A stretch of 57,794 bases of DNA, taken from Actinomycetota bacterium (GTDB taxonomy: Bacteria; Actinomycetota; Acidimicrobiia; Acidimicrobiales; Ilumatobacteraceae). The notes beneath the pieces were generated by a model that worked only from the letters and a program-made list of their open reading frames with translations, searched no databases and was not told where the DNA came from. The stretch is from positions 1-57,794 of the forward strand of contig WLMQ01000001.1 of NCBI GenBank assembly GCA_009700145.1. The letters are read 5' to 3'. Positions 56,103 through 57,794 of the stretch are shown here, piece after piece. The translations under genes and the position numbers were made by a program. The first letter of the stretch is position 1. Each line of letters starts with the position of its first letter.

Positions 56103-56630
56103 ATGTCGTACCAAATTCGTACTTTCGGAGATCCAGTGCTCGCTTCGCAGGCGGCAGCGGTCACAGACATCGACGCCAAGGTCGTGCGAATCGTCGAAGA
56201 AATGTTCGACACGCTGTACGACAGCGACTCGGGTATTGGTTTGGCGGCTCCTCAAGTAGGTATCCAGCGCCAAATTTTTGTGTGGGATATGGACGACGAG
56301 CCGATGGTGATTCTCAACCCAACAATCGTCGAATCTGATGGTGAATGGGTGTACGACGAGGGATGCCTGAGCATTCCAGGTCTTTATGTTGAGATGACGC
56401 GACCCAAGACGGTGCTCATGAAGGGCATCGATATGAATGGCAACGAGATTTCGCTTGAAGCCGATGAACTTGAAGCGCGACTGTTTCAACATGAACTCGA
56501 CCATTTGAATGGTGTGTTGATGTTTGATCGTATGCAGCCCGAACAACGCAAGCAGGCGATTGCCGAATATAAAAAGCTTTCAGAACAAGCGGCGCCGGTG
56601 GGCGAGATCAAGCGTTTGCGGGCTGAATGA
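56103..56630 (+). CDS. def: peptide deformylase
   Basis: I place the start at ATG 56103 (MSYQIRTFGDPVL). The motifs GIGLAAPQVG, EGCLSIPG and HELDHLNG are present. The ORF-track start at 56040 would overlap the divergent methyltransferase. Confidence 0.92.
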   Translation: MSYQIRTFGDPVLASQAAAVTDIDAKVVRIVEEMFDTLYDSDSGIGLAAPQVGIQRQIFVWDMDDEPMVILNPTIVESDGEWVYDEGCLSIPGLYVEMTRPKTVLMKGIDMNGNEISLEADELEARLFQHELDHLNGVLMFDRMQPEQRKQAIAEYKKLSEQAAPVGEIKRLRAE

Positions 56631-57574
56631 ACCAAATGCCCGAGCACACGCCTGAATCTTTGGCACCTTTGCCCGTTGGTGCAGTTCAACGTGTCGCATT
56701 CTTAGGGACACCTGAACTCGCCGTTCCGGTATTGCGTGCTCTCGTCGAGGCCGGAATTGAAGTTGGACATGTGATTACTCGTGTCGACAAACGTCGGGCT
56801 CGTGGAAACGATCTCTATCCAAGCCCAGTCAAAGTGGCGGCACTCGAACTTGGGCTCACGGTGTCGCACAAAGTTGATGACCTGCTTGAACAACATCGTG
56901 ACAAGCCTTTTGATCTCGCCGTGGTCGTTGCGTACGGGGCGCTCATCAAGCCCAATGTTCTCGCCGAAATCCCGATGGTCAACCTGCATGTCTCGTTATT
57001 GCCGAAGTGGCGAGGTGCCGCGCCAATTGAACGAGCGTTATTGGCTGGCGATACCCAAACTGGCGTCTGCTTGATGCAAATTGAAGAAGGTCTTGACACG
57101 GGTGGCGTCATCGGCGTGCGAACCATGGCAATCACCGATTCAACAACAGCTGAAGACATTCGGTCACAGTTGATCGCTGAAGGTTCGCAACTACTCATCG
57201 AACAATTGAAATTTGGTCTTGATCCGGTCGTGCCGCAAACGGGTAGGGCGACATATGCAGAAAAAATTGACTCCTCAGAATTGCGAATCAATTGGTCGAA
57301 TTCTGCCCGTGAAATTTCACGATTGATCAGACTCGGAAATGCTTGGACGATTTTTCGCGGTAAGCGTTTGAAGATCCATCAAGCAGATGTCATTCACGAA
57401 ACCACTGGTGAAGTCGGTTCATTGGTGGTTACTAAGAATTCGGTGGGGGTTGCGACTAGTAGTGGATTTCTTGAACTCAAAATCGTTCAACCCGAAGGCA
57501 AACCCCGTATGGATGTTGTCTCGTGGATCAACGGAACTCAAATAACTCATGGAGAGAAGTTAACTAGTGACTGA
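56627..57574 (+). CDS. fmt: methionyl-tRNA formyltransferase
   Basis: 315 aa with FLGTPELAVPVL, VNLHVSLLPKWRGAAPIERA and VQPEGK. Confidence 0.92.
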   Translation: MNQMPEHTPESLAPLPVGAVQRVAFLGTPELAVPVLRALVEAGIEVGHVITRVDKRRARGNDLYPSPVKVAALELGLTVSHKVDDLLEQHRDKPFDLAVVVAYGALIKPNVLAEIPMVNLHVSLLPKWRGAAPIERALLAGDTQTGVCLMQIEEGLDTGGVIGVRTMAITDSTTAEDIRSQLIAEGSQLLIEQLKFGLDPVVPQTGRATYAEKIDSSELRINWSNSAREISRLIRLGNAWTIFRGKRLKIHQADVIHETTGEVGSLVVTKNSVGVATSSGFLELKIVQPEGKPRMDVVSWINGTQITHGEKLTSD

Positions 57575-57794
57575 ATCATCTCGTTCGGTAGCGCTCGCTG
57601 CTTTGATGCGCATCGATCACGATGGGGCATACGCCAACTTGGTTTTGCCGGCTCTCTTGTCGCGCTCAAAACTCTCAGATCCAGATCGGCGATTCGTCAC
57701 CGAGCTTGTGTACGGAACAACCCGTATGCGACGTGCGTGTGATGCAATCATTGATCGTTTCGTGATGAGTGAACCCGACGACGCCACCCGAACA
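57567..57794 (+). CDS. rsmB: 16S rRNA m5C967 methyltransferase RsmB/Sun, 5' fragment (runs off the window)
   Basis: This ORF is not in the ORF track because it has no stop in the window. My own translation from GTG 57567 is VTESSRSVALAALMRIDHDGAYANLVLPALLSRSKLSDPDRRFVTELVYGTTRMRR, a NusB-like N-terminal domain. It sits in the conserved position after fmt. Confidence 0.7.
   Translation, partial: MTESSRSVALAALMRIDHDGAYANLVLPALLSRSKLSDPDRRFVTELVYGTTRMRRACDAIIDRFVMSEPDDATRT

Noticed and set aside
1-57794. I searched for tRNA or rRNA genes, CRISPR arrays, IS elements with inverted repeats, integrases, toxin-antitoxin pairs and defence islands.
   Set aside because: No intergenic region is longer than 240 nt. 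None shows a cloverleaf-like structure or a regularly spaced repeat-spacer organisation. No ORF carries transposase, integrase or recombinase motifs. The only nuclease, the HNH protein, has no mobile or restriction partner.

Overview
This window is a gene-dense (about 97-98% coding by my own coordinate tally), moderate-GC chromosomal core region of an actinobacterial-type genome. The phylum hallmarks are MtrA-MtrB plus a lipoprotein, SepF, mIHF, DUF3040, Ppm1 and a type-2 IleRS.

Gene content from left to right:
- glpK, a phosphofructokinase, the mtrA-mtrB-lipoprotein operon, an IMPase-family gene, ppm1 and dinB.
- A MoxR / DUF58 / transglutaminase trio.
- ROK kinase, acyl-CoA dehydrogenase, an orphan HNH nuclease and an LplA-like ligase.
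- A secreted M23 peptidase with four peptidoglycan-binding repeats, divergent from a complete dcw cluster: mraZ-rsmH-ftsL-ftsI-murE-mraY-murD-ftsW-murG-murC-murB-ftsQ-ftsZ-yggS-sepF-yggT.
- ileS, a lysine-repeat/DksA-like protein, lspA and rluD.
- The pyrimidine operon pyrR-pyrB-pyrC-carA-carB-pyrD.
- mihF-gmk-rpoZ-coaBC-metK-priA, a small methyltransferase, and def-fmt-rsmB (rsmB is cut by the window edge).

I recognise no tRNA, rRNA, CRISPR array, IS element or prophage, and no obvious defence or accessory island.

I do not see a clear-cut novel multi-gene system. The most unusual items are:
- A 10-nt phased G-block array in the shared mraZ/M23 control region, a candidate extended MraZ operator.
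- A protein combining 20 P[AV]KK histone-like repeats with a DksA/TraR-like domain that has lost all four zinc cysteines.
- The uncharacterised MoxR-DUF58-transglutaminase module.
- Cluster-architecture oddities: no murF, no divIVA, a class-1 pyrD in the pyrF position, and a PriA without a Walker A motif.

All product calls rest on by-eye motif recognition in the supplied translations. No searches were run.
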